Sequence record: EU863408
DNA from: Escherichia phage JSE
Reading direction: 5' to 3' (one strand)
Length of the DNA stretch: 64,000 bases
In this document: positions 17,208 to 25,580 of the stretch, in pieces
Position numbering within the stretch: position 1 is the first letter of the stretch
How the letters are laid out: each line of letters begins with the position of its first letter
Notes under the pieces: generated by a model
The model's database searches: none
Told to the model about the DNA's origin: nothing
The model's input: only the letters and a program-made list of their open reading frames with translations
Program-made: the position numbers and the translations under genes

Positions 17208-17406
17208 TCTTCACGGTCTCCATAATGGTTTTGTAAGCCAGTTTAAGATGATCACCGAAAAACTTTGCGGTGTTACCCTTCGGATCGCGGAGCATGGTTT
17301 CTACGATCTCATCGGCAGTAACAATTTCTCCTTTCTTTGCTGCATGTTCTACCATATACTTCAAAGTTTCTTCGGAAGCAAGTGCTGCGGCTACTGGATT
17401 AATCAT
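17197..17406 (-). CDS. Hypothetical protein (69 aa)
   Basis: ATG 17406 after promoter and GGAGAATCAAAA leader. Confidence 0.45.
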   Translation of the reverse strand: MINPVAAALASEETLKYMVEHAAKKGEIVTADEIVETMLRDPKGNTAKFFGDHLKLAYKTIMETVKNAK

Positions 17407-17437
17407 TTTTGATTCTCCTTTGTTGTCGATGTGTGCA

Positions 17438-17465
17438 TTATGCTATACCCTATTCCGGTTGTCAA
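17438..17465 (-). promoter_or_regulatory. Early promoter TTGACA-16-CATAAT
   Basis: Minus-strand read. Confidence 0.6.
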
Positions 17466-17470
17466 CACCT

Positions 17471-17500
17471 AAAAACGAAAAAGCCACCCTTTCGGATGGC
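17471..17500 (-). terminator. Rho-independent terminator (GCCAUCC-GAAA-GGGUGGC + U run)
   Basis: GNRA loop, G-U wobble, UUUUUCGUUUUU tail on minus strand. Confidence 0.65.
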
Positions 17501-17735
17501 TTTTTGATTATATTTTATTCACGTCCATTTGTATAGTAGTGTTTGAATCGACCTTTGCTAAACTAGTTAAACATAGTAACCAATTCACCATCCCTTTCCA
17601 ATGATAACCCTTCCTCGTCTTAGACGGGTCTTCCGATTCGGTAGTAATTGAACACGCGAAAGTATGAGGAAGCCAAATAGTTGTGTTAATGCTAGTATTC
17701 TTTTACTTCTGGTATGCATCCCACGGTGACTAACA

Positions 17736-18134
17736 TTAAGCCAGTCGAGTGAGTTTATAAATTGTTTTAAAGCATAGAGCTTTGATATCGTCTAAAACGC
17801 TCTGTAACGAGCTATCAACATCATTATAAATCTCACTAGCCATTTGCGTTAACTCTTGCAAATAGGCAATTTCGCTAATCTCCTTGCGGACGACCAACTT
17901 TGGCTGATAACGACCAGTGATCCCAATATTGGTTTCAGTGAAATTATCAACCAATTCTTGCATTTCAAGATAGAACTCTTCTAGAGCCTTATGTTTTGCA
18001 TAAGATCCAGGACCAGTTACCCCAAAATGCGCAGAATGCATATAAGTAACACTCATCAGACATTCACCGATAAAGCGGTCAACTTTATTAGCCTTTCCCT
18101 CTTCGGACGTCTTTAGAAAATCACTGAATTTCAT
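17736..18134 (-). CDS. Hypothetical protein (132 aa)
   Basis: ORF; followed by ~230 nt ORF-free structured region before terminator. Confidence 0.45.
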   Translation of the reverse strand: MKFSDFLKTSEEGKANKVDRFIGECLMSVTYMHSAHFGVTGPGSYAKHKALEEFYLEMQELVDNFTETNIGITGRYQPKLVVRKEISEIAYLQELTQMASEIYNDVDSSLQSVLDDIKALCFKTIYKLTRLA

Positions 18135-18423
18135 GTTCTAGATTCTCCATATTATGCAACAGAACAAATTGTTGTGCGGCATATCCCCCCATAATAAAAC
18201 ACTGCCTAGAATCCATACATTTACTACGAGCATACATCTTCATAATATGGGCATGAAATTTCTGGCTGGTTTCAATGGAAGGAGATATTTTGTTTACATA
18301 TACTATCATTGCGCCGTCGAAATAATCAGTAAAGTCACCAGTTGGATCATATTGATCAGCACCGACACTTCCGACCGCAGTCAAGCATATTGCCGCTGTT
18401 AGAGTTTTACGAATAAATGACAT
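18121..18423 (-). CDS. Secreted/periplasmic protein (100 aa, signal peptide)
   Basis: N-terminal hydrophobic signal-like segment; preceded by late-promoter-bearing hairpin. Confidence 0.45.
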   Translation of the reverse strand: MSFIRKTLTAAICLTAVGSVGADQYDPTGDFTDYFDGAMIVYVNKISPSIETSQKFHAHIMKMYARSKCMDSRQCFIMGGYAAQQFVLLHNMENLEHEIQ

Positions 18424-18432
18424 AAGTCATTC

Positions 18433-18472
18433 CCCCAGATTGAAAATATTCAGTTATATTTATAATCTGGGG
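18433..18472 (-). promoter_or_regulatory. Hairpin (9 bp stem CCCCAGAUU/AAUCUGGGG) whose loop contains T4 late promoter consensus TATAAATA
   Basis: Minus-strand TATAAATA at 18457..18464, ~35 nt upstream of ATG 18423. Confidence 0.5.
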
Positions 18473-18491
18473 CTTTATTTATGATTAACTC

Positions 18492-19088
18492 TTATTTGGT
18501 AGTACCGTCAATAAAATGTTTACGACACACAGAAACATATTTATCCTCTGCACCAACTTCTATTTGAGCACCATCGCGAATAACATTACCCTCTTTATCT
18601 ACACGAAGGACCATTGTTGCTTTCTTGCCACAATGACAAATACCCTTCATTTCGACCAGTTTATCAGCAAATGCCATTAATGCCGCAGATCCTTCAAATA
18701 GATTGCCCTGAAAGTCAGTGCGAAGGCCATAGCACAGTACAGGGATATTAGCATCATCAACAAGCGCACACAAGCCTAAAACATGCTCTTTAGTCATAAA
18801 TTGGGCTTCATCTACAAATACAGCATCAGGACGCCAGCGATCCGGTCTACGCTTACCTAACGATTCACGATAAACCAAATCGAAAAGATCATCCGATTTA
18901 GTGAAGGTGATCGCTGGGGCACTTAGGCCAATTCGGGAAACGACTTCACTTTCTGAATCTCGATTATCAATCGCTGGCTTAAGAATTAATACTCGCATAT
19001 CACGTTCTGTATAGTTATAAGCACTTTGTAACAGAGAAGTTGATTTGCCAGCGTTCATAGATGCATAGTAGAAATATAATTGCGCCAT
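18492..19088 (-). CDS. tk: Thymidine kinase
   Basis: P-loop MNAGKST, C-terminal CHCGKKA...CRKHF zinc motif; 198 aa as in T4 Tk. Confidence 0.9.
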   Translation of the reverse strand: MAQLYFYYASMNAGKSTSLLQSAYNYTERDMRVLILKPAIDNRDSESEVVSRIGLSAPAITFTKSDDLFDLVYRESLGKRRPDRWRPDAVFVDEAQFMTKEHVLGLCALVDDANIPVLCYGLRTDFQGNLFEGSAALMAFADKLVEMKGICHCGKKATMVLRVDKEGNVIRDGAQIEVGAEDKYVSVCRKHFIDGTTK

Positions 19089-19381
19089 TAATTAATCTCC
19101 AAAAATCCAACAAGACCTAAACCGATATAAGTCCAGATACCAATAAAAAAGATGTTAATGCTCATGGCAAGGATAAACCCTTTCAGCGTTTTGGGATACC
19201 CGACCCAATATTCCCGACCATCTTCTAACCGGATCAGTTTATTGCCTTGAGAGTCCATATCAACTACAACATGTTTATTTCGAGATTGCAATAGATATTG
19301 TTTTACAATCTCTACACCCGCCATAATAACAATAACGAAAATAAAAGTCCACACAACAAGATTAATGATAGTCTCAAGCAT
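19088..19381 (-). CDS. Small membrane protein (97 aa)
   Basis: Two predicted TM segments; TAATG overlap with tk. Confidence 0.45.
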   Translation of the reverse strand: MLETIINLVVWTFIFVIVIMAGVEIVKQYLLQSRNKHVVVDMDSQGNKLIRLEDGREYWVGYPKTLKGFILAMSINIFFIGIWTYIGLGLVGFLEIN

Positions 19382-19616
19382 TTTCTATCACCTCCACCCA
19401 ATCAGGTGTTTCCTGAAAGACTCCTTCTCCTTCATGATGGTCGCAACCTTTATTGCTACAATACATCCACCAATCCCACATTCCCCACGGTAAACGCTGC
19501 ATATCGTCGTTACAGCAAGTGAAGATAATAGGCCAACCACATCTAACACATCGGCAGTTTTCTTTCATGTGAGCGGTATTCGGCTTCTTCATAGATGACT
19601 CCAATATAATCGACAT
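19374..19616 (-). CDS. Small Cys-rich (zinc-binding-like) protein (80 aa)
   Basis: CRCVRCGW...CCNDD...CSNKGCDHH. Confidence 0.4.
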   Translation of the reverse strand: MSIILESSMKKPNTAHMKENCRCVRCGWPIIFTCCNDDMQRLPWGMWDWWMYCSNKGCDHHEGEGVFQETPDWVEVIENA

Positions 19617-19819
19617 TTACATTTAGGGCAATGCGGTTCTTTAATATAATACCCGTCTGTCTTTGGAACACTAACAGGAGCGGTTTTTATATTGTATTCA
19701 GTGAAACAACGAAAACAAGTTACGTTTTCTACAGACTGACGTTTCACCCAATCACCGGAATATAGATCATTTTTATTTGTCATATTCAACCACCACAATG
19801 TTAATGTCTGGAGTAGCAA
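19589..19819 (-). CDS. Small zinc-ribbon-like protein (76 aa)
   Basis: CFRCF...CPKCKC. Confidence 0.4.
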   Translation of the reverse strand: MLLQTLTLWWLNMTNKNDLYSGDWVKRQSVENVTCFRCFTEYNIKTAPVSVPKTDGYYIKEPHCPKCKCRLYWSHL

Positions 19820-20228
19820 TATTAATGATCTCTTCTACACATTCCCACTCAAGGCCACCGATACCGCAACCGATTTTAGGAATATAGAAAGGCTGTATAG
19901 CACCTTCAAAAACATCATTGATAGTCTCAAATCCTTTCAGGATAGCACCATATTCAGCATTTGGACCCGGTCGGAATTGGGTATATAGATTCACCCCGCA
20001 CCAGTTATAACCATTAACTTGATGCGTCCAGACACTAAACCCACCCAGCTTTTCTACCTTACCGCGAGAAGTTTGCTTGTCAATCTCTAACGCTTGCGGG
20101 AACTCTTTCGCGATCTTTGCAGCAATACCAGCACCCATAGTATGAAAACAATTACAACCATGAATTAAATGACCGTTTCCTTGTTTAAACAGGGCGATGA
20201 GATCGCCCTTTACAGTATCAATAATCAT
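19773..20228 (-). CDS. Macro-domain protein (ADP-ribose binding/processing fold, 151 aa)
   Basis: GDLIAL...GHLIHGCNC...MGAGIAAKI and PKIGCGIGGL resemble macro-domain motifs; GAGAGG RBS. Confidence 0.65.
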   Translation of the reverse strand: MIIDTVKGDLIALFKQGNGHLIHGCNCFHTMGAGIAAKIAKEFPQALEIDKQTSRGKVEKLGGFSVWTHQVNGYNWCGVNLYTQFRPGPNAEYGAILKGFETINDVFEGAIQPFYIPKIGCGIGGLEWECVEEIINIATPDINIVVVEYDK

Positions 20229-20243
20229 AATATAAACCTCTCA

Positions 20244-20603
20244 TTAGTCACGGGAAGACAACCCAGCCATAAAACGGCTTAACAGTGTGTCGCGATAAGC
20301 AAAGCATAATTGCTTATCAGGGGCAGTATCACAAAGGTTGCGTTTTGTTTTAGCAAAGCTGGCAATACTCAGATCCCACGCTCGATTTTTTCGTTTTTCG
20401 TCTCGACCTTGTTTGTATGCTTCGTCGAGTTCAAGTGCGATAAAATCACTACACATGTTATCATCATCACAGAAAGTTTTAATGATCTTTTTGTTGATCT
20501 CAAATCCTTTGTATTCGAACTTTGGATAAGGGCGCTCATTACTAGCAAGCGCACCAGCCGAGAACATCATAGCAATCATAGCAATTATTGTCAACTTTTT
20601 CAT
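20244..20603 (-). CDS. Periplasmic protein with signal peptide (119 aa)
   Basis: MKKLTIIAMIAMMFSAGALA signal-like N-terminus. Confidence 0.45.
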   Translation of the reverse strand: MKKLTIIAMIAMMFSAGALASNERPYPKFEYKGFEINKKIIKTFCDDDNMCSDFIALELDEAYKQGRDEKRKNRAWDLSIASFAKTKRNLCDTAPDKQLCFAYRDTLLSRFMAGLSSRD

Positions 20604-20610
20604 ATATTCC

Positions 20611-21201
20611 TCAATAGCGTTTAGTCTTAAGAATGCCTTTACTCTTTAGATGGTTAGCCTTTTTTAGTACATCATCAGCATAACCTAACCCGGCTTTATA
20701 GTTCCATCCAGCATTGTAAGAAGCTAGCGCGAGTCGGATATTACCGTTTCGAACATCCAGCCAGTATGCTAACTCATCCATCGCGTAGAATGCAGAAACC
20801 TCGCGATTCATGATAAAGTTGATAGTCTGGCGATCACTCATTTTAACACCGCGCTTTGCATTTTTCGCTTTCACCGTTTTAAGGTAATTTTGAAATAATC
20901 CATAAGCATGATGATTTTTCTTTGGTGCTAAGTTTGCACCCGCGCTTGATTCTTGCCATGCGATACCCGCCAGGATGTGACCTAAACCCTTTCCGTTATA
21001 GCGAATATTCGGATGGTCCTTTTTCAACTTACCGCTTTTCTCGAATTGCTCGCCGTATTGATAGGCGAAATGTAAATTATCTAGTTGGTGTGCTGTAAAG
21101 TTGTCTATCGGCGCTTTTTTGATCGGTGCGCTAGTCGATGCGTGTGTAGCACCAACGGCTAGTGACAGACTCAATACTATCGCTTTTAGAACTTTTAACA
21201 T
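20611..21201 (-). CDS. Secreted lytic transglycosylase (SLT domain) with signal peptide
   Basis: Signal peptide; GIAWQESS...YGLFQ...ASYNAG motifs typical of SLT family. Confidence 0.7.
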   Translation of the reverse strand: MLKVLKAIVLSLSLAVGATHASTSAPIKKAPIDNFTAHQLDNLHFAYQYGEQFEKSGKLKKDHPNIRYNGKGLGHILAGIAWQESSAGANLAPKKNHHAYGLFQNYLKTVKAKNAKRGVKMSDRQTINFIMNREVSAFYAMDELAYWLDVRNGNIRLALASYNAGWNYKAGLGYADDVLKKANHLKSKGILKTKRY

Positions 21202-21287
21202 TAATTTCTCCTGTTTGGCTTAACTTTCTGATTCCATAATATAGCCCTATCACCAGAAAGTCAAGCATTATTTTTAACCAATTTCCA

Positions 21288-21710
21288 TTATTGGTCTACC
21301 TTCAAAACAACCGCCGACATTTTACCCGCCAGTCGTTTTGGATTCTCTATAATCATTCGGCAGCATAGACCGTGATATGGCTTACCCTCTTCGATTAGAT
21401 CTACTGTCATCCCGATCCACATGTTACCGTCAGTAATTTCTAATCGATTCGGTCGGTCTTCCATTTTCAGGAAGTCGAAGATCTCCGGCAAACGAGTTTC
21501 TATCTTATTGAATAGTTCCATTGTCTTATGTTCATCGATATGACGATCGGTTAGACGGTCGATCATATGCGGACTAAAGCGAATGAAAATATACTCACCG
21601 TAACCATCATTCAAGCACTTTTCTTTGATCTGCGCATTGGTTTTGCGCATTTCGGTTTCGAAGAATCTACGCAGCTTACTACGGCGAACATGTACGTTAA
21701 TTGTTTCCAT
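21288..21710 (-). CDS. regB: Endoribonuclease RegB
   Basis: INVHVRRSKLRRFFETE, RLEITDGNMWIGMTV and CRMIIENPKRLAGK match T4 RegB as recalled; ATG 21710 with AAAGGATAA RBS. Confidence 0.8.
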   Translation of the reverse strand: METINVHVRRSKLRRFFETEMRKTNAQIKEKCLNDGYGEYIFIRFSPHMIDRLTDRHIDEHKTMELFNKIETRLPEIFDFLKMEDRPNRLEITDGNMWIGMTVDLIEEGKPYHGLCCRMIIENPKRLAGKMSAVVLKVDQ

Positions 21711-21714
21711 TTTA

Positions 21715-22050
21715 TTATCCTTTCTTAAACAAATTGCGAATCCAGTATACAAACGGGATTTCTTTAAACTTGAATTTCTCTATAGTTAATTCTTTAGTAG
21801 CAAGATGAATACCATAAGCATCATGTGTAACTATATGCCATTTTCTATAGCCCAAATGTGAACAACCGTCTGGATCTAGGTTAATAAGAGTTTCTCGCTC
21901 ACTAGGATTATTTTTCCACAATTTTGTAATAGGATCGCACATAATTCGACCTAGCGTACCATGAATAATCTCACAACGGTAAAGTTTTCCAGCAGTGAGA
22001 TAGGCGCACCCGTCATAGTCGGTATAAACAAACACTTCTTTAACACTCAT
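21715..22050 (-). CDS. Paralog family B protein (DGCSHL motif, 111 aa)
   Basis: ATG 22050 after promoter cassette; DPDGCSHLGYRKWHI. Confidence 0.45.
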   Translation of the reverse strand: MSVKEVFVYTDYDGCAYLTAGKLYRCEIIHGTLGRIMCDPITKLWKNNPSERETLINLDPDGCSHLGYRKWHIVTHDAYGIHLATKELTIEKFKFKEIPFVYWIRNLFKKG

Positions 22051-22081
22051 TTTAATACTCCTTTGTTGTTTCGATGGGGGT

Positions 22082-22110
22082 ATATTACTACCCCCGATCA
22101 TGTGTGTCAA
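22082..22110 (-). promoter_or_regulatory. Early promoter cassette TTGACA-17-TAATAT inside GGGGGTA/TACCCCC palindrome
   Basis: Minus-strand read. Confidence 0.6.
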
Positions 22111-22372
22111 CTACTTTTTCAAGATTTTTTTTGATTGCATTCCAAAGACCTTTATTTCCAGGTTGTTTTGGTTCTTCGATCAGTGTCCATGTTCGACCGT
22201 CTAAGTGTGCACAATTTTTAAGGCAAATAAAAATCTGGTGTCCCTTATCAGCACGGATATAACCACTATTCGCAAATCTTTCATGTGGTGTATATTCATA
22301 CAGTGTATTAGGTGTAATATACTTGCGGTTACTATAAGGTGTCATCACATACATCATGGTACTAACTCCCAA
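22088..22372 (-). CDS. Paralog family B protein (94 aa)
   Basis: NCAHLDGRTWTL motif. Confidence 0.4.
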   Translation of the reverse strand: MGVSTMMYVMTPYSNRKYITPNTLYEYTPHERFANSGYIRADKGHQIFICLKNCAHLDGRTWTLIEEPKQPGNKGLWNAIKKNLEKVVDTHDRG

Positions 22373-22548
22373 CGATCACCGCGAAGATGAGAACATCCAC
22401 CATCAAGAAGTATCGTAATACGATAACCTATATCATCTTTGATGTAACCGATTGTCGGTGGATTTTCGTCGTCTCGTGCCGGGGTAAAATCATACATCTT
22501 TCCGGGCGTAATATCTTGTCCTTTATTGCTATTGGTATAAACTTGCAT
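22354..22548 (-). CDS. Paralog family B protein (64 aa)
   Basis: DGGCSHLRGDRWEL motif. Confidence 0.4.
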   Translation of the reverse strand: MQVYTNSNKGQDITPGKMYDFTPARDDENPPTIGYIKDDIGYRITILLDGGCSHLRGDRWELVP

Positions 22549-22569
22549 TTTCTTAATCTCCTATATTAA

Positions 22570-23268
22570 CTAACCACGGGTATAGTGTTCCAGAACAACG
22601 GTCAGATGAATATATTCTAATAGATCTTTCCAAAAGTCAACATCTGGTTCTTCCGGCATACCGTTTTTCTTTGCCTCTTCACGCGCGAGTTTAACACGCT
22701 CGTAGAGATCTTTCAATTCTTCCCGCACATTATCAAAGGTTCTTTCTCCTAACTTACACGCTAAAATAGAAGAACGTCGCGCGAGCGGGAATTGTAGATC
22801 ACCTGTCTGATAGATTTCAAGTAGCTGATAACCAACACGCAGAGCATGAGAAAGATCTTTCCAGTTACTGAAATACTTTTCAGATTTGGCTACCTGCTTT
22901 TTGAGATAGCCAGACAAACCCCACATACCAACATGATAGAATTTATCTCGATGTGTTCGGATGTATTCCCATTCTCTGGAGGATTCAACCAACATGTTAC
23001 TAGGCGCGTGCACCATATCAATAGCGCCGATATCGCCTTTACATGCCAGATTGATAAACCGTTTTAGACTGAACATATTAACGTCAATATCGTCTTTGGT
23101 GTTCTTGATCCCTTGACCGCTAGTGCTTTGATCATAGTGTTCTTTCATCGATCCTAAGATAATTTCTTTCGCAGTCGGAACAAAGATACCACGATAATCT
23201 TTATCGGAATTTTCAGTATCAAGGCCGTATAAGTGAGATCCGAAGACCATTTTAACCATTGTATGCAT
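22570..23268 (-). CDS. Pol-beta superfamily nucleotidyltransferase (232 aa) with C-terminal helical domain
   Basis: FGSHLYGLDTENSDKD matches GS-x10-DxD nucleotidyltransferase signature, third acidic DDIDV; GAGGGT RBS. Confidence 0.6.
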   Translation of the reverse strand: MHTMVKMVFGSHLYGLDTENSDKDYRGIFVPTAKEIILGSMKEHYDQSTSGQGIKNTKDDIDVNMFSLKRFINLACKGDIGAIDMVHAPSNMLVESSREWEYIRTHRDKFYHVGMWGLSGYLKKQVAKSEKYFSNWKDLSHALRVGYQLLEIYQTGDLQFPLARRSSILACKLGERTFDNVREELKDLYERVKLAREEAKKNGMPEEPDVDFWKDLLEYIHLTVVLEHYTRG

Positions 23269-23281
23269 AATTAAACCCTCA

Positions 23282-23812
23282 TTAGTATTTTACGTTACGT
23301 CGAACGCCTTTTCGAATCTGACAAATAGCAGACGGTGAAACATTATATTTTCTTGCAAGTTCTACACCCTTCATATGGGGAGAAGATAAAATCTCTTCCA
23401 CTTGGTCGTCGGTAAGTTTTGCGTTTCCGTGGTTCTCTCCCCAATTTTTGTTTAATCCTTCTTCCTTCGCATGAACAAGATTTCGGGTATCTGTCGTCCA
23501 TTCAAGATTATAAAGGTCATAGTTTTGTTTGTTTCCATCCTTATGATTAACTACACGGTAGTTATTTGGATTCGGAATAAACGCAACCGCCATAGCTTTA
23601 TGCATGTTCACGGTTTTTCTAAATCCATCCGGCTTATAACATACTGTAAATTTAGAATAACCAGTTTTACCATAAACACTAATATAATTTCCGGTCTCCG
23701 TATTTCTAACCCTACCATGAGAGCTAATCTCAAATTGAGTGTAGGGCAACAGCGCATCAATCACTTTCCATTCTTCGACAGGATGGTCATCACAATATCT
23801 TTTAATCATCAT
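23282..23812 (-). CDS. Free-standing HNH homing endonuclease with C-terminal HTH
   Basis: FIPNPNNYRVVNHKDGNKQNYDLYNLEWTT HNH motif; C-terminal LTDDQVEEIL...ARKYNVSPSAICQIRKG helix-turn-helix. Confidence 0.8.
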   Translation of the reverse strand: MMIKRYCDDHPVEEWKVIDALLPYTQFEISSHGRVRNTETGNYISVYGKTGYSKFTVCYKPDGFRKTVNMHKAMAVAFIPNPNNYRVVNHKDGNKQNYDLYNLEWTTDTRNLVHAKEEGLNKNWGENHGNAKLTDDQVEEILSSPHMKGVELARKYNVSPSAICQIRKGVRRNVKY

Positions 23813-23830
23813 ATCACCTCATAAAAATAA

Positions 23831-23852
23831 AGCCAACCCTTTCGGATTGGCT
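23831..23852 (-). terminator. Terminator after grcA (AGCCAAUCC-GAAA-GGGUUGGCU + U-rich tail)
   Basis: GNRA hairpin with wobble, followed by UUAUUUUUAU. Confidence 0.6.
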
Positions 23853-23859
23853 TAAAAAT

Positions 23860-24276
23860 TTACATTGCTTCCGTAAAGGTGCGCGAAATAACGTCACGTT
23901 GTTGGTCTGGAGTCAGACTATTGAATCTTACGGCATATCCGCTAACGCGAATGGTTAGTTGCGGATACTTATCAGGATTAGCAACCGCATCGAGAAGAAG
24001 ATCGCGACTCATAACATTGATATTAGCGTGCTGACCACCTTCGACAACCGGAGCACCATTATCTACAATCACCGGACGGAAGCTAGTTGTGTGCAGTGCC
24101 AGAGAATCGACGTCTTCTGCGGTGATCACATGGTCTTCTGCGAAAGTTTTACTAACAATTACTTTAGCGCCGATCAGTGCTTTCGGTTCGGATACCAGAA
24201 TCATAGGCGCGAAGTGTCCACCAATAATAGTACCTTTATGCTCACCTTTCATGATTTGAATTGCTTTAAATTCCAT
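23860..24276 (-). CDS. grcA: Autonomous glycyl radical cofactor GrcA (YfiD-like)
   Basis: C-terminal GGQHANINV...[36 protein letters not shown] nearly matches E. coli GrcA as recalled (RVSGYAV glycyl-radical loop); AAGAGGTGA RBS. Confidence 0.9.
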   Translation of the reverse strand: MEFKAIQIMKGEHKGTIIGGHFAPMILVSEPKALIGAKVIVSKTFAEDHVITAEDVDSLALHTTSFRPVIVDNGAPVVEGGQHANINVMSRDLLLDAVANPDKYPQLTIRVSGYAVRFNSLTPDQQRDVISRTFTEAM

Positions 24277-24411
24277 AATTCACCTCTTATAGATCAGGAC
24301 GTTCGTCATTAATTTTACCAACCAAAACACCATAGAGTTTATCAGGTTGGACTTTACGATTCTTTTTAATTGTAGCACGGAATCGACGAGCTACGCTATC
24401 TTTATTTTTCA

Positions 24412-24897
24412 TTAGTTGATACCTAAGCCAATGAAAATAGGTTGGTCTTCTACATTACCCATCCCAACACTAAGTCGATTCAATTCTAAAAACTGCAATA
24501 CGCTGTCAGTAAATCCGCGCATGGTAGTATCTAGGATAAAAATTGTTTTGTCAAGACTACGACCTCGCCATGTGATCGGATTCAGGAAAGTTCGGATAGA
24601 TGTACAATCTACATCTGAAATATTTACATTTTCACCGCGACCGCGATCTCGGATCGTTTTGGCATGTTCCCGCGTCGTTGAAACGATAAAGACACTATAG
24701 CCTTTTCGCGTATAATGGTCATATAACTTGATTGTAGCGTCTGTATGCCCTGTCTGACGGCCTAAATTGATTGAGACGATGGAATCTAGGTCATCAGCAA
24801 AATTGCGTCGCTTACGGCGTTCTATGATGCCATTTACGGCAGATACACACGCAGCATAAATCAAATCTTTACTTTCTAATTTTACATCAATATTCAT
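24412..24897 (-). CDS. Hypothetical protein (161 aa), possible degenerate P-loop (GRQTGHT)
   Basis: ORF with GGAGAC RBS; weak P-loop-like and hhhhD motifs only. Confidence 0.4.
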   Translation of the reverse strand: MNIDVKLESKDLIYAACVSAVNGIIERRKRRNFADDLDSIVSINLGRQTGHTDATIKLYDHYTRKGYSVFIVSTTREHAKTIRDRGRGENVNISDVDCTSIRTFLNPITWRGRSLDKTIFILDTTMRGFTDSVLQFLELNRLSVGMGNVEDQPIFIGLGIN

Positions 24898-24959
24898 GGT
24901 AAAGTCTCCAGTGAACGGGGAGAGATCCTTAGATTGTCTCCCCGTTGATGGTTAATATT

Positions 24960-25535
24960 TTATTTTGGATCTGGGAAATTCAATAGAGCATATTCTCCAT
25001 AAAATTTCCTAGCTGCATTATCATAAGCGATTGCAGCTTCGATTTCTGTGTCATATTGTCCAAGAACATGTCTTTGTAGGTTGACCATTATACTAGCTCT
25101 CCATTTCTTACGCAAATCCTTCCTGTTACACTTACTAACACCCTTATACACACTAGAAAACTTTTTAGACTTCTTCTTTCTATTATGTTGATTTTGCGCG
25201 TCGGTTGCCTCCCTAAGATTTGGAGGATTGTTATTAGCAGGATTACCGTCAATATGATCAATTAATCTAACTTGCGTCCCATGTTCTAGAAACCAAACAA
25301 CCCTATGCACGAATAGATGAACTCTAGGAAGACCGTCATCTCTACTATGCCAAAATCTAAGATGACCATCTTTATTTGTTCTGACTTTAACTAAATCGCC
25401 GTGTTTATATCTACTCCCTAATGGTCGTCCTTTGATAGCTTTACTATCGACTCTATAATATAAGATACCCTCTATATGAGCATATCTAAGTTTTATCTCG
25501 TTTTGTAGGGATTCATCCCAATATTTAAAAGCCAT
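24960..25535 (-). CDS. HNH endonuclease fused to AP2 DNA-binding domain
   Basis: HRVVWFLEHG...IDHIDGNPANNNPPNLREAT HNH motif and C-terminal YKGVSK...WRASI...YDNAARKFYGEYA AP2-like segment. Confidence 0.75.
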   Translation of the reverse strand: MAFKYWDESLQNEIKLRYAHIEGILYYRVDSKAIKGRPLGSRYKHGDLVKVRTNKDGHLRFWHSRDDGLPRVHLFVHRVVWFLEHGTQVRLIDHIDGNPANNNPPNLREATDAQNQHNRKKKSKKFSSVYKGVSKCNRKDLRKKWRASIMVNLQRHVLGQYDTEIEAAIAYDNAARKFYGEYALLNFPDPK

Positions 25536-25580
25536 TTTATAATCCTCACAAAGCCAGCGATTAAGCTGGCTTTATTTTAG

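Noticed and set aside
17506-17735. tRNA gene in the ORF-free interval (T4 has a tRNA cluster in this general region)
   Set aside because: No cloverleaf with 7-bp acceptor stem and GTTCRANYC T-loop could be drawn on either strand by eye; retained only as a possible structured RNA
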